DNA from: Aggregatilineales bacterium
GTDB lineage: Bacteria > Chloroflexota > Anaerolineae > Aggregatilineales > Ch27
Assembly (NCBI GenBank): GCA_029976025.1
Contig: JARKNX010000025.1
Location: 184-64,183, forward strand
Reading direction: 5' to 3'
Length of the DNA: 64,000 bases
The position numbers and the translations under genes were made by a program. The notes under the pieces are model-generated. The model had not been told where the DNA came from and ran no database searches. It saw only the letters and a list, made by a program, of their open reading frames with translations. Shown one piece after another: positions 19,508 through 28,955 of the stretch; within the stretch, counting starts at the first letter, position 1, and every line of letters begins with the position of its first letter.

Positions 19508-20347
19508 CTAGTTCATGGATTTGCGCAGGCGCGGGTCGGTCAGATCGCGCAGGCCGTCCCCGATGAAGTTGAAAGCCATCACGACCGTGAAGATCGCCAG
19601 GCCGGGAAACGCGCTCAGCCACCACTGGTCAAAGCTATTGACGCCGTCAGCGACCATACGCCCCCACTCCGGTGTAGAAGGGTCCGCACCCAGCCCCAGA
19701 AAACTCAGCCCGGCGAAAAGCAGGATGGCATTGCCGATATCCAGCGTAGCCATGACGATGGCCGAAGCCAGGCAGTTAGGCAGGATGGTGCGAAAGAGGA
19801 TATAGCGATGCGAGGCGCCGATGGCCTGGGCAGCCTCGACGTACTCATTAGATTTGACGCTGACGACCAGCCCGCGCACCATACGGGCATAGTTAGGCCA
19901 CCAGACCAGGACCATCGCCACTACGGCGTTCATGACGCTCGGCCCCAGGGCGGCGGCAATCGCCATAGCCAGGATGATGGTCGGGAAAGCCATGAAGACT
20001 TCAACCAGCCGCATGAGCAACTCATCCGCCAGGCCGCCGGCATATCCGGCCACCGCGCCGATAAGCGTCCCGACAACCAGGGCAACGATAATCACCAGCA
20101 GGCCCGCCGGGAGCGAAATACGCCCGCCGTACATCACCCGCGTCAGCACATCACGGCCGAGCTGATCGGTGCCGAATGTATTCTGGCCGTTGGGGGGCTG
20201 GAGGCGGTTGGTCATATTCTGCTGCATGGGACCGTACGGCGCGAAGGCGTCGGCCCCGATCGAGATGACCACCCATGCAATGCATACCAGCACCCCTACC
20301 ACCATGAGGGGGTTGCGTTTGATCTGAAATCGCAGGGTACGCCACAT
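19508..20347 (-). CDS. ABC peptide/oligosaccharide permease (DppC/OppC type)
   Basis: ORF 19508-20404. Start moved to ATG 20347 (MWRTLRFQIKRNPLMVVG). Typical C-terminus ...GDGLRDLTDPRLR. Confidence 0.88.
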   Translation of the reverse strand: MWRTLRFQIKRNPLMVVGVLVCIAWVVISIGADAFAPYGPMQQNMTNRLQPPNGQNTFGTDQLGRDVLTRVMYGGRISLPAGLLVIIVALVVGTLIGAVAGYAGGLADELLMRLVEVFMAFPTIILAMAIAAALGPSVMNAVVAMVLVWWPNYARMVRGLVVSVKSNEYVEAAQAIGASHRYILFRTILPNCLASAIVMATLDIGNAILLFAGLSFLGLGADPSTPEWGRMVADGVNSFDQWWLSAFPGLAIFTVVMAFNFIGDGLRDLTDPRLRKSMN

Positions 20348-20360
20348 GACTTCTGGCCTT

Positions 20361-21377
20361 CTAGGCGTGAATTCGCGGATCGAGGATATAGTACAGCATG
20401 TCAACGATCAGGTTCGTGATCACGAATACCAGAGCGATTAGCATGCTGACGCCCATGATGGCTGGGAAATCCAGGCTGCGCGCCGAATCGTAAGCAAAGC
20501 GGCCGATCCCTCCCCAGGCGAAAATCGTCTCGGTCAGCACTGCCCCGGTCAGCAAATTCGAATAAGACAGCCCGATAACGGTGACCACCGGCAGCAGCGC
20601 GTTGCGCAGCCCATGCCCGATGATGACAGTGCGCTCAGAAAGGCCTTTGGCCCGCGCCGTCGTCATATACTCCATCGACAGGACATCGAGCATCGAAGAG
20701 CGGGTGATCCGGGTGATCAGCCCGGCGGAGAAAGCGCCCAGCACAATTGCCGGCAGGATCAGGTGGGAAACTGCGTTGCTGAACAGGTCCCATCTTCTGG
20801 CCAGGAGGCTGTCTATCGTATACAGGCCGGTCACATTGGGCGGGGCCGCCAGGACCGCATCCAGACGGCCCGGCCCCGGCAAGATGCGTAGGCGCAGGTA
20901 AAACACCAGCAAAGCCACCAGCGCCAGCCAGAAAACCGGCGCGCTAACCCCTATCAGCGACAGAATGCGCGACACAAAGTCAATCGGGCGGTTGCGCCAG
21001 ACAGCAGAGGCCACCCCCATCGGAATGCCAATTATCAGCGCGACCAGGATGCCGGCGGTCGCCAGCTCAATTGTGGCGGGCATATAACGGAGCAATTCAT
21101 CCAGCACGGGCCGGCGGGTGCGGATGGAGGTGCCCATATCGCCCTGGAGCAGGTTGCGCAGATAAGTGAAATACTGGGCATACAACGGCTCATCCAGCCC
21201 CCAGCGGGCGCGAAAAGCCGCCACAATCTGCGGATCCGCCGCCGCGCGCTCCCCCAGGTTGGCCGCCATTGGATCGGTAGGAACCAGATTGGCGATCAGG
21301 AACGCCACCAGCGAGATGCCAATAACCAGCGGGACAGCCAGAATCAGCCGCCTGAGTAAGTACATCGATAGGGACAT
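20361..21377 (-). CDS. ABC peptide/oligosaccharide permease (DppB/OppB type)
   Basis: ORF 20361-21422. Probable start at ATG 21377 (MSLSMYLLRRLILAVPLVIG), with 21365 as an alternative. C-terminus ...DMLYYILDPRI. Confidence 0.88.
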   Translation of the reverse strand: MSLSMYLLRRLILAVPLVIGISLVAFLIANLVPTDPMAANLGERAAADPQIVAAFRARWGLDEPLYAQYFTYLRNLLQGDMGTSIRTRRPVLDELLRYMPATIELATAGILVALIIGIPMGVASAVWRNRPIDFVSRILSLIGVSAPVFWLALVALLVFYLRLRILPGPGRLDAVLAAPPNVTGLYTIDSLLARRWDLFSNAVSHLILPAIVLGAFSAGLITRITRSSMLDVLSMEYMTTARAKGLSERTVIIGHGLRNALLPVVTVIGLSYSNLLTGAVLTETIFAWGGIGRFAYDSARSLDFPAIMGVSMLIALVFVITNLIVDMLYYILDPRIHA

Positions 21378-21403
21378 GGGAAGTCTCTGTGCTGCGACAG
21401 TCT

Positions 21404-21438
21404 GAGGTGGTGAGAACCACAACGGCTCTCACCACCTC
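21404..21438 (-). promoter_or_regulatory. Intercistronic stem-loop after the SBP gene
   Basis: GAGGTGGTGAGA (21404-21415) pairs with TCTCACCACCTC (21427-21438) in a perfect 12-bp stem. It lies between the SBP stop (21457) and the permease start (21377). Confidence 0.55.
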
Positions 21439-21456
21439 CCGGAAGCCGGTACTGAA

Positions 21457-23028
21457 CTAGTAGCTGAGCAAAGCCAGGTTCACACGCCACTGGCTATTGT
21501 AGTTGAACCCCTGCAGAGCCGAGTCGAAAGCGAAGTGAACGCCCGGCTGGAACAGAGGAGCAAAAGGACCGGACTCCTGCTCGTAGAGCTGAATCTGGCG
21601 GAACAGCTCATTACGCACATCGAGATTGGATTCAACCCGGACAGCGTCGCGCAGAGCCAGAATCTCCGGATCGGCATTTTCATCGGTCCAGTTAGCACGG
21701 TTGCCGACGACACCGGCGGGCAGGAACTCCACATAGTCCAGCGCGTCATGGTAGTCGGGGTTCCACAGCCACTGGCTGAAGCCCTGCTGCCCGGCGCGGT
21801 AGGCATCCAGCGAAGTCTGGAATTCTTCAGGGACCAGGTTAACCGTGATGCCGACTTCGGCCAGATCAGCCTGAACCTTCTGGGCGACCAGCCCGAATTC
21901 CGTGCCAATATAGTTGAAGTCAGGGTAACGCAGGTCGGTAGTGAAGCCGTCCGGATACCCGGCCTCCGCCAGCAGCTCGCGCGCCCGATCCAGGTCGCGG
22001 GTCAGCGCCTCGGCGGGGTCAATCGCCCCGATGAAACCGATCGGCACCATCGCCGCCGGCGTCTCCGTGCCCGTTCCGCTCAGCAGCCGCAGCCCTTCGT
22101 AATCAAGGGCGTAGCGGACGGCCTCCTGAACCCGGGGATTGCTGAGAGGGCCGCCAATTTCCGGGTCCTGATTCATCAGCAGGAAGATCAGGGTGTCGCT
22201 CCGACTGGAGAACACGGTGATGTTGGGGTTCGCTTCGAAGGCGGAAACCTGATCGGGGGCAACATCCATAGAGATGGCGATATCGCCCGCTTCCAGGGCC
22301 AGCTTCTGCGTGGCCGACTCCGGCATGTTCTGGACGATAATCCGGTCAAAGTATGGCGCGTCGCCCCAGTAGTTCGGGTTGCGGACCAGGATAGTCCGGA
22401 CAGTCGGCTCGTAGCTTTCGACTACGTAGGGGCCGGTGCCGGCCGAGTTATCGTTGAACCACAACTCCGCTGTATCCGTCGTGCTGGCATCGGCGGCGTC
22501 AGTGCCGCCGACAGCGCGGACCTGCTCAGCGTTGACGACCGAGAAGGCGTCAAAGATAAGCTTAGCGAGAATAGCTGAGTCGGGCTGGGTGAGGGTCAGC
22601 ACGACTGTATGCTCATCCGCTGCCTCCACGCTGGCGATTGTATCGGCCAGGAAGGAGGGGTTGTCCTTCAGGTTCTTCATACGGTTGAAGCTGAAGACAA
22701 CGTCTTCGGCGGTCAGCGGGTCCCCGTTGGAGAACACCACGTCATCCCGCAGGATGAACGTGTAGATCAGGCCGTCGTCAGAGATAGTCCAACTCGCGGC
22801 CAGATTCGGCAGAATCTCGCTCGCCGAATCGGAGGGGAAGGTCACAAGAGTATCGTAAACAGCCTTGTGAATCAGAGAACCACCCGGCTCGTAAGCCCGC
22901 TGCGGATCAAGACGATGGAAGTCTTCCGACAGGCCCACGACCAGCACTCTCTCCTCCTGGGCGACAGCGCCGCCAAACGCCGTCATAACCAGAAGTGTTA
23001 CAAGAACCAATAGTGTTGCGCGGCGCAT
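21457..23028 (-). CDS. ABC transporter substrate-binding protein, family 5 (Dpp/Opp type)
   Basis: 523 aa. Leader MRRATLLVLVTLLVMTAFGGAVAQE. AAAGGAG RBS. Typical family-5 length and motifs (RLDPQRAYEPGG...). Confidence 0.9.
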   Translation of the reverse strand: MRRATLLVLVTLLVMTAFGGAVAQEERVLVVGLSEDFHRLDPQRAYEPGGSLIHKAVYDTLVTFPSDSASEILPNLAASWTISDDGLIYTFILRDDVVFSNGDPLTAEDVVFSFNRMKNLKDNPSFLADTIASVEAADEHTVVLTLTQPDSAILAKLIFDAFSVVNAEQVRAVGGTDAADASTTDTAELWFNDNSAGTGPYVVESYEPTVRTILVRNPNYWGDAPYFDRIIVQNMPESATQKLALEAGDIAISMDVAPDQVSAFEANPNITVFSSRSDTLIFLLMNQDPEIGGPLSNPRVQEAVRYALDYEGLRLLSGTGTETPAAMVPIGFIGAIDPAEALTRDLDRARELLAEAGYPDGFTTDLRYPDFNYIGTEFGLVAQKVQADLAEVGITVNLVPEEFQTSLDAYRAGQQGFSQWLWNPDYHDALDYVEFLPAGVVGNRANWTDENADPEILALRDAVRVESNLDVRNELFRQIQLYEQESGPFAPLFQPGVHFAFDSALQGFNYNSQWRVNLALLSY

Positions 23029-23045
23029 AGTCTTTTGCTCCTTTT

Positions 23046-23055
23046 TTTATAGACG
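23046..23055. promoter_or_regulatory. Operator-like box (minus sense CGTCTATAAA, 8/10 to TGTCTATACA)
   Basis: Lies between a minus-strand TATAAT (23070-23075) and the RBS of the family-5 SBP gene. Confidence 0.3.
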
Positions 23056-23522
23056 GACGATAACGCTGCATTATACTCCACCGGATAAGCAACCGGTGAC
23101 TTCGACATGATGGGCGAATCTGGCGTCGCTGCCTTCTACCCTGACGGTTATCGCCAGATCTGTTTCAGCGCCGGGATGATCGGCTTATTAAGTATTCAGG
23201 TGCTCTTCTTCGACGAGAGGCTATACGAAGTGCCGCGCCAGCGATGCATGGCCGGGATTATCTGCAGGCTGGCGGAACTGCCGGGCTTAATTCCAGCGCT
23301 AATCTCACCAACCGGCTTTGCCCCCCGGTCACATCATAATCGAGACAGGCCATTCCGACTTTAGGCAAAATGCTGTAAGATATCCGGTCAAACTGCATAT
23401 TCAACTCTTATAACAGCGCCCCGCTGAAATAGATCGCGAGTTGCTCCGATTATCTCCCCGGCAGCGCATTCCAGCCATGCCGTGCCCGCCGCCGCGGCGA
23501 CTCGATCCGCCCCCATCCGGCT

Positions 23523-23930
23523 TCAGCCCTCGTCCGCCACCCAGGCGTCAGCTTCGATCTCGATCAGGTAACCCTCGCCAATCAGGCGGCTGACCTCAAC
23601 CAGCGTGTTGGCCGGACGGACCGTGCCGAACACTTCACCATGGGCGCGCGCCGCTCCTTCCCAGCCGGAGATATCGGTGAGGTAGATTCGCGTGCGTATC
23701 ACATCAGCCATGGACGCCCCGGCCAGGGTCAGCGCCCGCTCAATTTTAGCGAGGATAAACGTCGCCTGGGCGTAGACATCCCCCTCCCCGACTAACCGGC
23801 CTTCGTCATCGGTGGCCGTCGTGCCAGACACCATCACCAAATTCCCGACTCGCACCGCTCGCGAATATCCGGCTATCGCCTCCCAGCGGGTCCCAGAGGA
23901 GATATTCTGACGCTTCACAGGCATCCTCAT
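23523..23930 (-). CDS. ridA: RidA/YjgF/Endoribonuclease L-PSP family protein
   Basis: ORF 23523-24188. Likely start at 23930 or 23924 (MRMPVKRQNISSGTRWEAIAGYSRAVRVGNLVMVSGTTA...RIYLTD...IEIEADA). The longer N-terminal extension is Arg/Pro-rich and implausible. Confidence 0.85.
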   Translation of the reverse strand: MRMPVKRQNISSGTRWEAIAGYSRAVRVGNLVMVSGTTATDDEGRLVGEGDVYAQATFILAKIERALTLAGASMADVIRTRIYLTDISGWEGAARAHGEVFGTVRPANTLVEVSRLIGEGYLIEIEADAWVADEG

Positions 23931-24042
23931 TCCGGAGCGCACAACAGAAACAAAGAGCAGCTTCTCCTCTATTGTAACAGGGCCTGCCAGCCTGGCGATG
24001 CCAGGTCGATCTGATGAAGCGCAAAATCGAAAAGCGCACAGG

Positions 24043-24071
24043 TTGACAACGCGGGAGGAACTCTCTAGATT
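24043..24071 (+). promoter_or_regulatory. Candidate promoter of the SBP-GH4-kinase-GRE operon
   Basis: TTGACA (24043-24048), a 17-nt spacer, then TAGATT (24066-24071). This would give a GC-rich leader of about 265 nt. Confidence 0.4.
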
Positions 24072-24343
24072 GATATATACTGACCGGCTCTGTCCGGGCC
24101 GGGGCGTGATGCGGGGCGGTCTCCGCCGCGCGCGAGCCGGGGGGAGGAGAGCGCCACAAATATGTCTGGGCGGTACGCCCCCGGACAAGATACAATTGGG
24201 GCAGCACGTCAGAAGGGAGCATGAAGAGACGGATCACCGCCGCAAGTGCTTCGCCGCCTTCCACCAATACGCCGGGTGGTACCGCGCACGATCGTGAAGC
24301 CGCGCCCTGACCGCAATACTATAGAGCTTAAAAGGAGATACGC

Positions 24344-25663
24344 ATGTTCAAAAAGCAATCTGTTGTCCTGACCCTTAGCCTGGTGGCGGTGATTGCCCTC
24401 GGGATGTTCGCCGCCCCCCTTGCTGCGCAGGGGAATACCACGCTGGTTGTGTGGGATAACCTGGTCCGCCCCGAAGAAAGCGCCATCATGGACGCGCTCA
24501 TCGCCCGCTTCGAAGAAGCGCACCCCGGCGTCACGGTAGCGCGCACGGCAAAGAGCACGGACGACCTCAAGGCCACCACCGCCCTGGCGCTGAGCAGCCC
24601 CGACGGCCCGGATGTCGCCATGGTCAACCAGGGCCAGTCCGATATGGGGGCGCTGGTAGCGGCCGGCCTGCTGGAGCCGCTGGATGACTACGCCGAACAG
24701 TTCGGGTGGTTTGAGCACTTCCCGGCCGGCCTGGCCAGCCTTCAGCGCTGGACGCCCGACGGGATGCAGATGGGCGAGGGCGACTTCTACGGAATCCCCA
24801 TTCAGGCCGAGCTGGTTGGCGTATACTACCGCACCGACCTCTTCGAACAGTACGGCCTGAGCATCCCCACTACGCTGGCCGAATTTGAGGCGGCAATGGC
24901 TACGCTGGCCGAGGCCGGTGAGACTCCGCTGGTGTTCGGCAATCTGGACGCCTGGCCGGGCATTCACCTGTACAGCGAAATCCAGAATGCCGAGCTGGCG
25001 TCCCGCGAGTGGTACGACCAGTTCATGTTCACCACCGGCGAAGTCGATTTTGACATCCCGGAAAACATCGCCGCAGCGGCCAGACTCCAGGAATGGATCG
25101 CCAACGGCTGGCTGCTGAAAGGCTTCGAAGGTATCGGTTACGATGACGCCTGGCAGCTCTTCTCCGCCGGGACCGGCGCCATGCTGCTGACCGGGAGCTG
25201 GCTGAGCGGTGAGCTGCTGCCCGGCCCGCACGGCGCGGATATCGGCTTCTTCGTGCTGCCGGCGCTGGAAGAAGACGGCTTCAAGCTGACAGTCGGCGGG
25301 ACGGGGTACGACTTCTCCATTCGCGCCGGGTCGCCGAATGTCGATCTTGCCGCGGAATACATCAACTACCTGTACTCTGAAGAGACCGCTCAGGCGCTGC
25401 TGGATGCCGGGTTCCTGCCGGTGTATCCGGTTGATACCTCTACGCTCGAGGACGGCCTGGTGAAGGATATCGTCCTGGGCTGGAATCACCTGAATAGCAC
25501 CGACAGCGTCGGGTACTACATGGACTGGGTCACCCCCACCATGTACGACACCATTACGGCATCGTTACAGGAGCTGATGGCGGGGCGGGTCACGCCGGAG
25601 GAATTCGTCGATGTCGTGAATGCCGATTATGTCGCGTTCCTGCTGGAAAAAGGCGTCCGTTAG
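24344..25663 (+). CDS. ABC transporter substrate-binding protein (family 1, CUT1)
   Basis: 439 aa. Leader MFKKQSVVLTLSLVAVIALGMFAAPLAAQG. AAAAGGAGA RBS. Confidence 0.9.
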   Translation: MFKKQSVVLTLSLVAVIALGMFAAPLAAQGNTTLVVWDNLVRPEESAIMDALIARFEEAHPGVTVARTAKSTDDLKATTALALSSPDGPDVAMVNQGQSDMGALVAAGLLEPLDDYAEQFGWFEHFPAGLASLQRWTPDGMQMGEGDFYGIPIQAELVGVYYRTDLFEQYGLSIPTTLAEFEAAMATLAEAGETPLVFGNLDAWPGIHLYSEIQNAELASREWYDQFMFTTGEVDFDIPENIAAAARLQEWIANGWLLKGFEGIGYDDAWQLFSAGTGAMLLTGSWLSGELLPGPHGADIGFFVLPALEEDGFKLTVGGTGYDFSIRAGSPNVDLAAEYINYLYSEETAQALLDAGFLPVYPVDTSTLEDGLVKDIVLGWNHLNSTDSVGYYMDWVTPTMYDTITASLQELMAGRVTPEEFVDVVNADYVAFLLEKGVR

Positions 25664-25681
25664 CGTCCGCTGCTGATACCC

Positions 25682-25720
25682 GACCGGCAGATTCGCACTG
25701 GCGACGCGGATTTGCCGGTC
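25682..25720 (+). promoter_or_regulatory. Intercistronic stem-loop after the SBP gene (weaker)
   Basis: GACCGGCA (25682-25689) pairs with TGCCGGTC (25713-25720). The loop is 23 nt and contains a small inner stem. Confidence 0.4.
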
Positions 25721-25739
25721 ATCTCTCCAGAAGGGCACT

Positions 25740-26657
25740 ATGATCGATTCATCGCGGGAGATGCAGCGGGGGAACAGGCTCAGGGCGCTCATACCCTACC
25801 TGTTCGTGCTGCCCGCCTTCCTTATTTTCGCCCTCTTTGTCCTGCTCCCGATTCTTGACACGGTCCGCCTGAGCTTCTTCGATTGGACCGGCTTCAGCGC
25901 TCCCAATTTTGCCGGGCTGGCTAACTATATTGAGCTGTGGACGGACAGACTTTTCATAACCGGCCTGGGCAATAATCTGCGCTTCATCCTCTTTTACACT
26001 GTCTTCCCGATCGGGCTGGCGCTGGTGCTGACGGCGGTGATGACCCGGCGCCGGATACGGGGCATGAGCCTGTTTCGGGCTGGCTACTTCATCCCTTATG
26101 TGATGCCGATGGTGGTGGTAGGCGTCGTGTGGCGCTGGATCTATAACCCGGCTTTTGGCCCCCTCAATCAGGCCCTGGGGGCCATCGGCCTGGATGCGCT
26201 GGCCCGGCCCTGGCTGGGGGACTTCGACGCCGCGCTCCCCGCCGTCGGTCTGATCGCCACCTGGGTGCAGTACGGCTTCTGCATGGTCCTGTTCATCGCC
26301 GGCGTCCAGAAGATCGACGAATCGTTGTACGACGCGGCTCAGGTGGACGGAGCCAGCGCAATGCAGCAGCTCCGGCATATCACCATCCCCGGCATCCGCA
26401 CTGAGATTTCGGTCGCCCTGGTGACCACCTTCATCGCCGCCCTGCGCATCTTCGATCTGGTATTCGTCACCACGCGCGGCGGTCCCGGCGATCAGACTAT
26501 GGTCACCTCCCTCTGGCTGTACCGCAACGCCTTCCAGATCAACCGCGTCGGGTATGCCGCCACGATTGCCGTCGCCCAGTCGGTGCTTATCCTGGCGATC
26601 TCGGCTGTTCTGCTGCGGTTTACGCGCACCAGCGATCAGGAGGAGGTGGCTCAATGA
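25740..26657 (+). CDS. ABC sugar permease (MalF type)
   Basis: 305 aa. EAA loop YDAAQVDGASAMQQLRHITIPGI. Confidence 0.9.
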   Translation: MIDSSREMQRGNRLRALIPYLFVLPAFLIFALFVLLPILDTVRLSFFDWTGFSAPNFAGLANYIELWTDRLFITGLGNNLRFILFYTVFPIGLALVLTAVMTRRRIRGMSLFRAGYFIPYVMPMVVVGVVWRWIYNPAFGPLNQALGAIGLDALARPWLGDFDAALPAVGLIATWVQYGFCMVLFIAGVQKIDESLYDAAQVDGASAMQQLRHITIPGIRTEISVALVTTFIAALRIFDLVFVTTRGGPGDQTMVTSLWLYRNAFQINRVGYAATIAVAQSVLILAISAVLLRFTRTSDQEEVAQ

Positions 26658-27544
26658 CATCAGGCGCGGCAGATAGGCCCCTCACGTTGGAAAGCGCCGC
26701 AACGGCTTTCATAGCCTGGCTCAGACGATTATTGCGACGCATACCAATTTATGCTTTCCTGATTTTATTCCTGCTCATCGTGGCTCTGCCTTTCATTTCC
26801 ATCTCCCTCGCCGCCTTCAAAACATCGGCGGAGCTGACCAGAGGAGCCTTCACCCTCCCGGCGGAATGGCGCTGGTCCAACTTCAGCGACGCCTGGACAC
26901 AGGCCCACTTCGACTGGTACTTCCGCAACAGCGCCATTGTGGCCGTCCCGGTCGTCGCCGTCGGCACACTCCTGTCTATCTTCTCCGGCTACGCCTTCGG
27001 GCTGATGCGCTTCCCGCTCAGCCGCCTCCTGTTCGCCCTGTTCCTGCTGGGCATTATGGTCCCCCAGGAAGCCTATATCATCCCGCTGTATTACCTTCTG
27101 CGCGGGATCGGGCTGGTGGATACCTACTGGGCGATGATCCTGCCACAGATTGGGATGAGCGTCTGCTTTGGCAGCTTCTGGATGCGCGGCTTCTTCAGCA
27201 GCTTTCCGGCGGATACGCTCGACGCGGCGCGGGTGGATGGCTGCTCGATCTGGACGGCGCTCTGGCGCGTCCTGCTCCCCAACGCAGGCGCGGCGATCTC
27301 CACTCTGGTCGTCCTGCTGTTCATCTGGACCTGGAATGATTTCCTGATCGCCCTGGTGGTGGTCTCCTCAGATACGCTCCGCACGCTGCCGCTGGGGCTG
27401 GCCTTCTTCCAGGGGCGCTACGCATCCAATGTGCCGCTCATGGCCGCCGGGGCGATTATCGTCTTGCTGCCGACTCTGATCATCTATGTGCTGTTCCAAC
27501 GCCAGTTTATTCAGGGGGTCACTTCCGGCACGCTGCACGGATGA
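26654..27544 (+). CDS. ABC sugar permease (MalG type)
   Basis: 296 aa. ATGA start/stop overlap with the upstream permease. EAA loop LDAARVDGCSIWTALWRVLLP. Confidence 0.9.
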   Translation: MTSGAADRPLTLESAATAFIAWLRRLLRRIPIYAFLILFLLIVALPFISISLAAFKTSAELTRGAFTLPAEWRWSNFSDAWTQAHFDWYFRNSAIVAVPVVAVGTLLSIFSGYAFGLMRFPLSRLLFALFLLGIMVPQEAYIIPLYYLLRGIGLVDTYWAMILPQIGMSVCFGSFWMRGFFSSFPADTLDAARVDGCSIWTALWRVLLPNAGAAISTLVVLLFIWTWNDFLIALVVVSSDTLRTLPLGLAFFQGRYASNVPLMAAGAIIVLLPTLIIYVLFQRQFIQGVTSGTLHG

Positions 27545-27568
27545 CCCCACCCTGCAAAGGAGTTGACG

Positions 27569-28948
27569 ATGAAGCTCACCCTGATCGGCGGCGGCGGTGT
27601 CCGCGCCCCTCTTTTTGTCACTTCCGTGCTGCGGCGCGCGGAACGTATCCATCTTGACGAGCTGTGTCTGATGGATATCGATGAAGCGAAGCTGGCGATC
27701 ATCGGCGAGATCTGCCGGGCTGCGGCGCGCGCCGCCGGCAGCGCGGTCGCCATCACGACTACAACGGACCCCCGCGCGGCTATTCAGGACGCGCGCTACA
27801 TCGTGACCTCGATTCGGGCCGGCGGCGATCGGGGCCGCGTCCTGGACGAGCGCATCGCCCTGCGGCATGGCGTCCTGGGGCAGGAGACCACCGGTCCCGG
27901 CGGCTTCGCTATGGCCCTGCGCAGCATCCCGGCCCTGCTGGGCTACGCCGATCTGATCGCGCAGATCAGCCCCGGCGCGTGGATGTTCAACTTCACCAAT
28001 CCGGCCGGCCTGGTCACCCAGGCGCTCCACGACGCGGGCTTCTCCCACACCGTCGGCATCTGCGACGGGGCTAACCAGGCCCAGCACGCCGTCGCTCGCT
28101 GGCTGGGCGTCAACGCCAGAGACGTGCAGACGGAGGTGTATGGCCTGAACCATCTGTCCTGGGCGCGCCGGGCCTGGGTGGACGGGAAGGATGTGCTGCC
28201 CGACCTGCTGGCCGATCCAGCTTTCCTCAGCGCGAGCGACCTGCGCGTCTTCGAGCCGGACCTGGTGCGGCTGATGGGGGTGTGGCTCAACGAATATCTC
28301 TTCTACTACTACTATGCCGAACAGGCGGTCGCCGCTATCACCGGGGATGGCCGCACGCGCGGCGAGGAGATCGTTGACCTGAACGAGGGCCTGTTCCGGA
28401 CTCTGCGGGCGATCGATGTCCGGGCCGACCCGGCGGAGGCGCTGCGCAAGTATTACGCCTATAACAACCGCCGCGGCGCGACCTACATGCACTACGCCCG
28501 ACCCGACGCCCCCGATATGGCCGAGGCCGACCACACCAGCTATGAAGCGCCGCCCTCCGCCGACGAAGGAGAAGGGTACGCCGGAGTCGCCCTCGACATT
28601 ATCGAGGCCTTCGAGGCGCAGGAGCCGCTTTCCATTGCTCTCAACGTCCCCAACGAGGGGGCGATCGCCTGTATGCGGCCCGGCGATGTGGTCGAGGTGA
28701 GCTGCCGGGTTGATCGCGACGGCATCCACGCGCAGCCGATCGGAGATATCCCGGAGTCTCAGGCGCTGTTGATGCAGAACGTCAAGCACTACGAACGGCT
28801 GACGGTCGAAGCTGTGCGCACCCGTTCCAAAGATGTGGCCGTGCAGGCGTTGATGGCGCACCCGCTGGTGATGTCCTATTCACGGGCCAGAGCGCTGGTG
28901 AACGAATACCTCGAGGCTCATGCACCCTTTATAGGAGAATGGCATTAG
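27569..28948 (+). CDS. GH4-family NAD+/Mn2+-dependent glycosidase
   Basis: ORF from 27563. ATG 27569 follows AAAGGAG. N-terminal Rossmann MKLTLIGGGGVRAPLF. The GH4 signature-like segment PGAWMFNFTNPAGLVTQALHDAGFSHTVGICDGAN includes the conserved Cys. Confidence 0.85.
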   Translation: MKLTLIGGGGVRAPLFVTSVLRRAERIHLDELCLMDIDEAKLAIIGEICRAAARAAGSAVAITTTTDPRAAIQDARYIVTSIRAGGDRGRVLDERIALRHGVLGQETTGPGGFAMALRSIPALLGYADLIAQISPGAWMFNFTNPAGLVTQALHDAGFSHTVGICDGANQAQHAVARWLGVNARDVQTEVYGLNHLSWARRAWVDGKDVLPDLLADPAFLSASDLRVFEPDLVRLMGVWLNEYLFYYYYAEQAVAAITGDGRTRGEEIVDLNEGLFRTLRAIDVRADPAEALRKYYAYNNRRGATYMHYARPDAPDMAEADHTSYEAPPSADEGEGYAGVALDIIEAFEAQEPLSIALNVPNEGAIACMRPGDVVEVSCRVDRDGIHAQPIGDIPESQALLMQNVKHYERLTVEAVRTRSKDVAVQALMAHPLVMSYSRARALVNEYLEAHAPFIGEWH

Positions 28949-28955
28949 CGCCGCT

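Noticed and set aside
20789-20805. Sequence TGTCTATCGTATACAGG resembling the operator motif inside the DppB-like gene
   Set aside because: It is located within coding sequence, interrupted by CG, and not near a promoter. It is probably coincidental.
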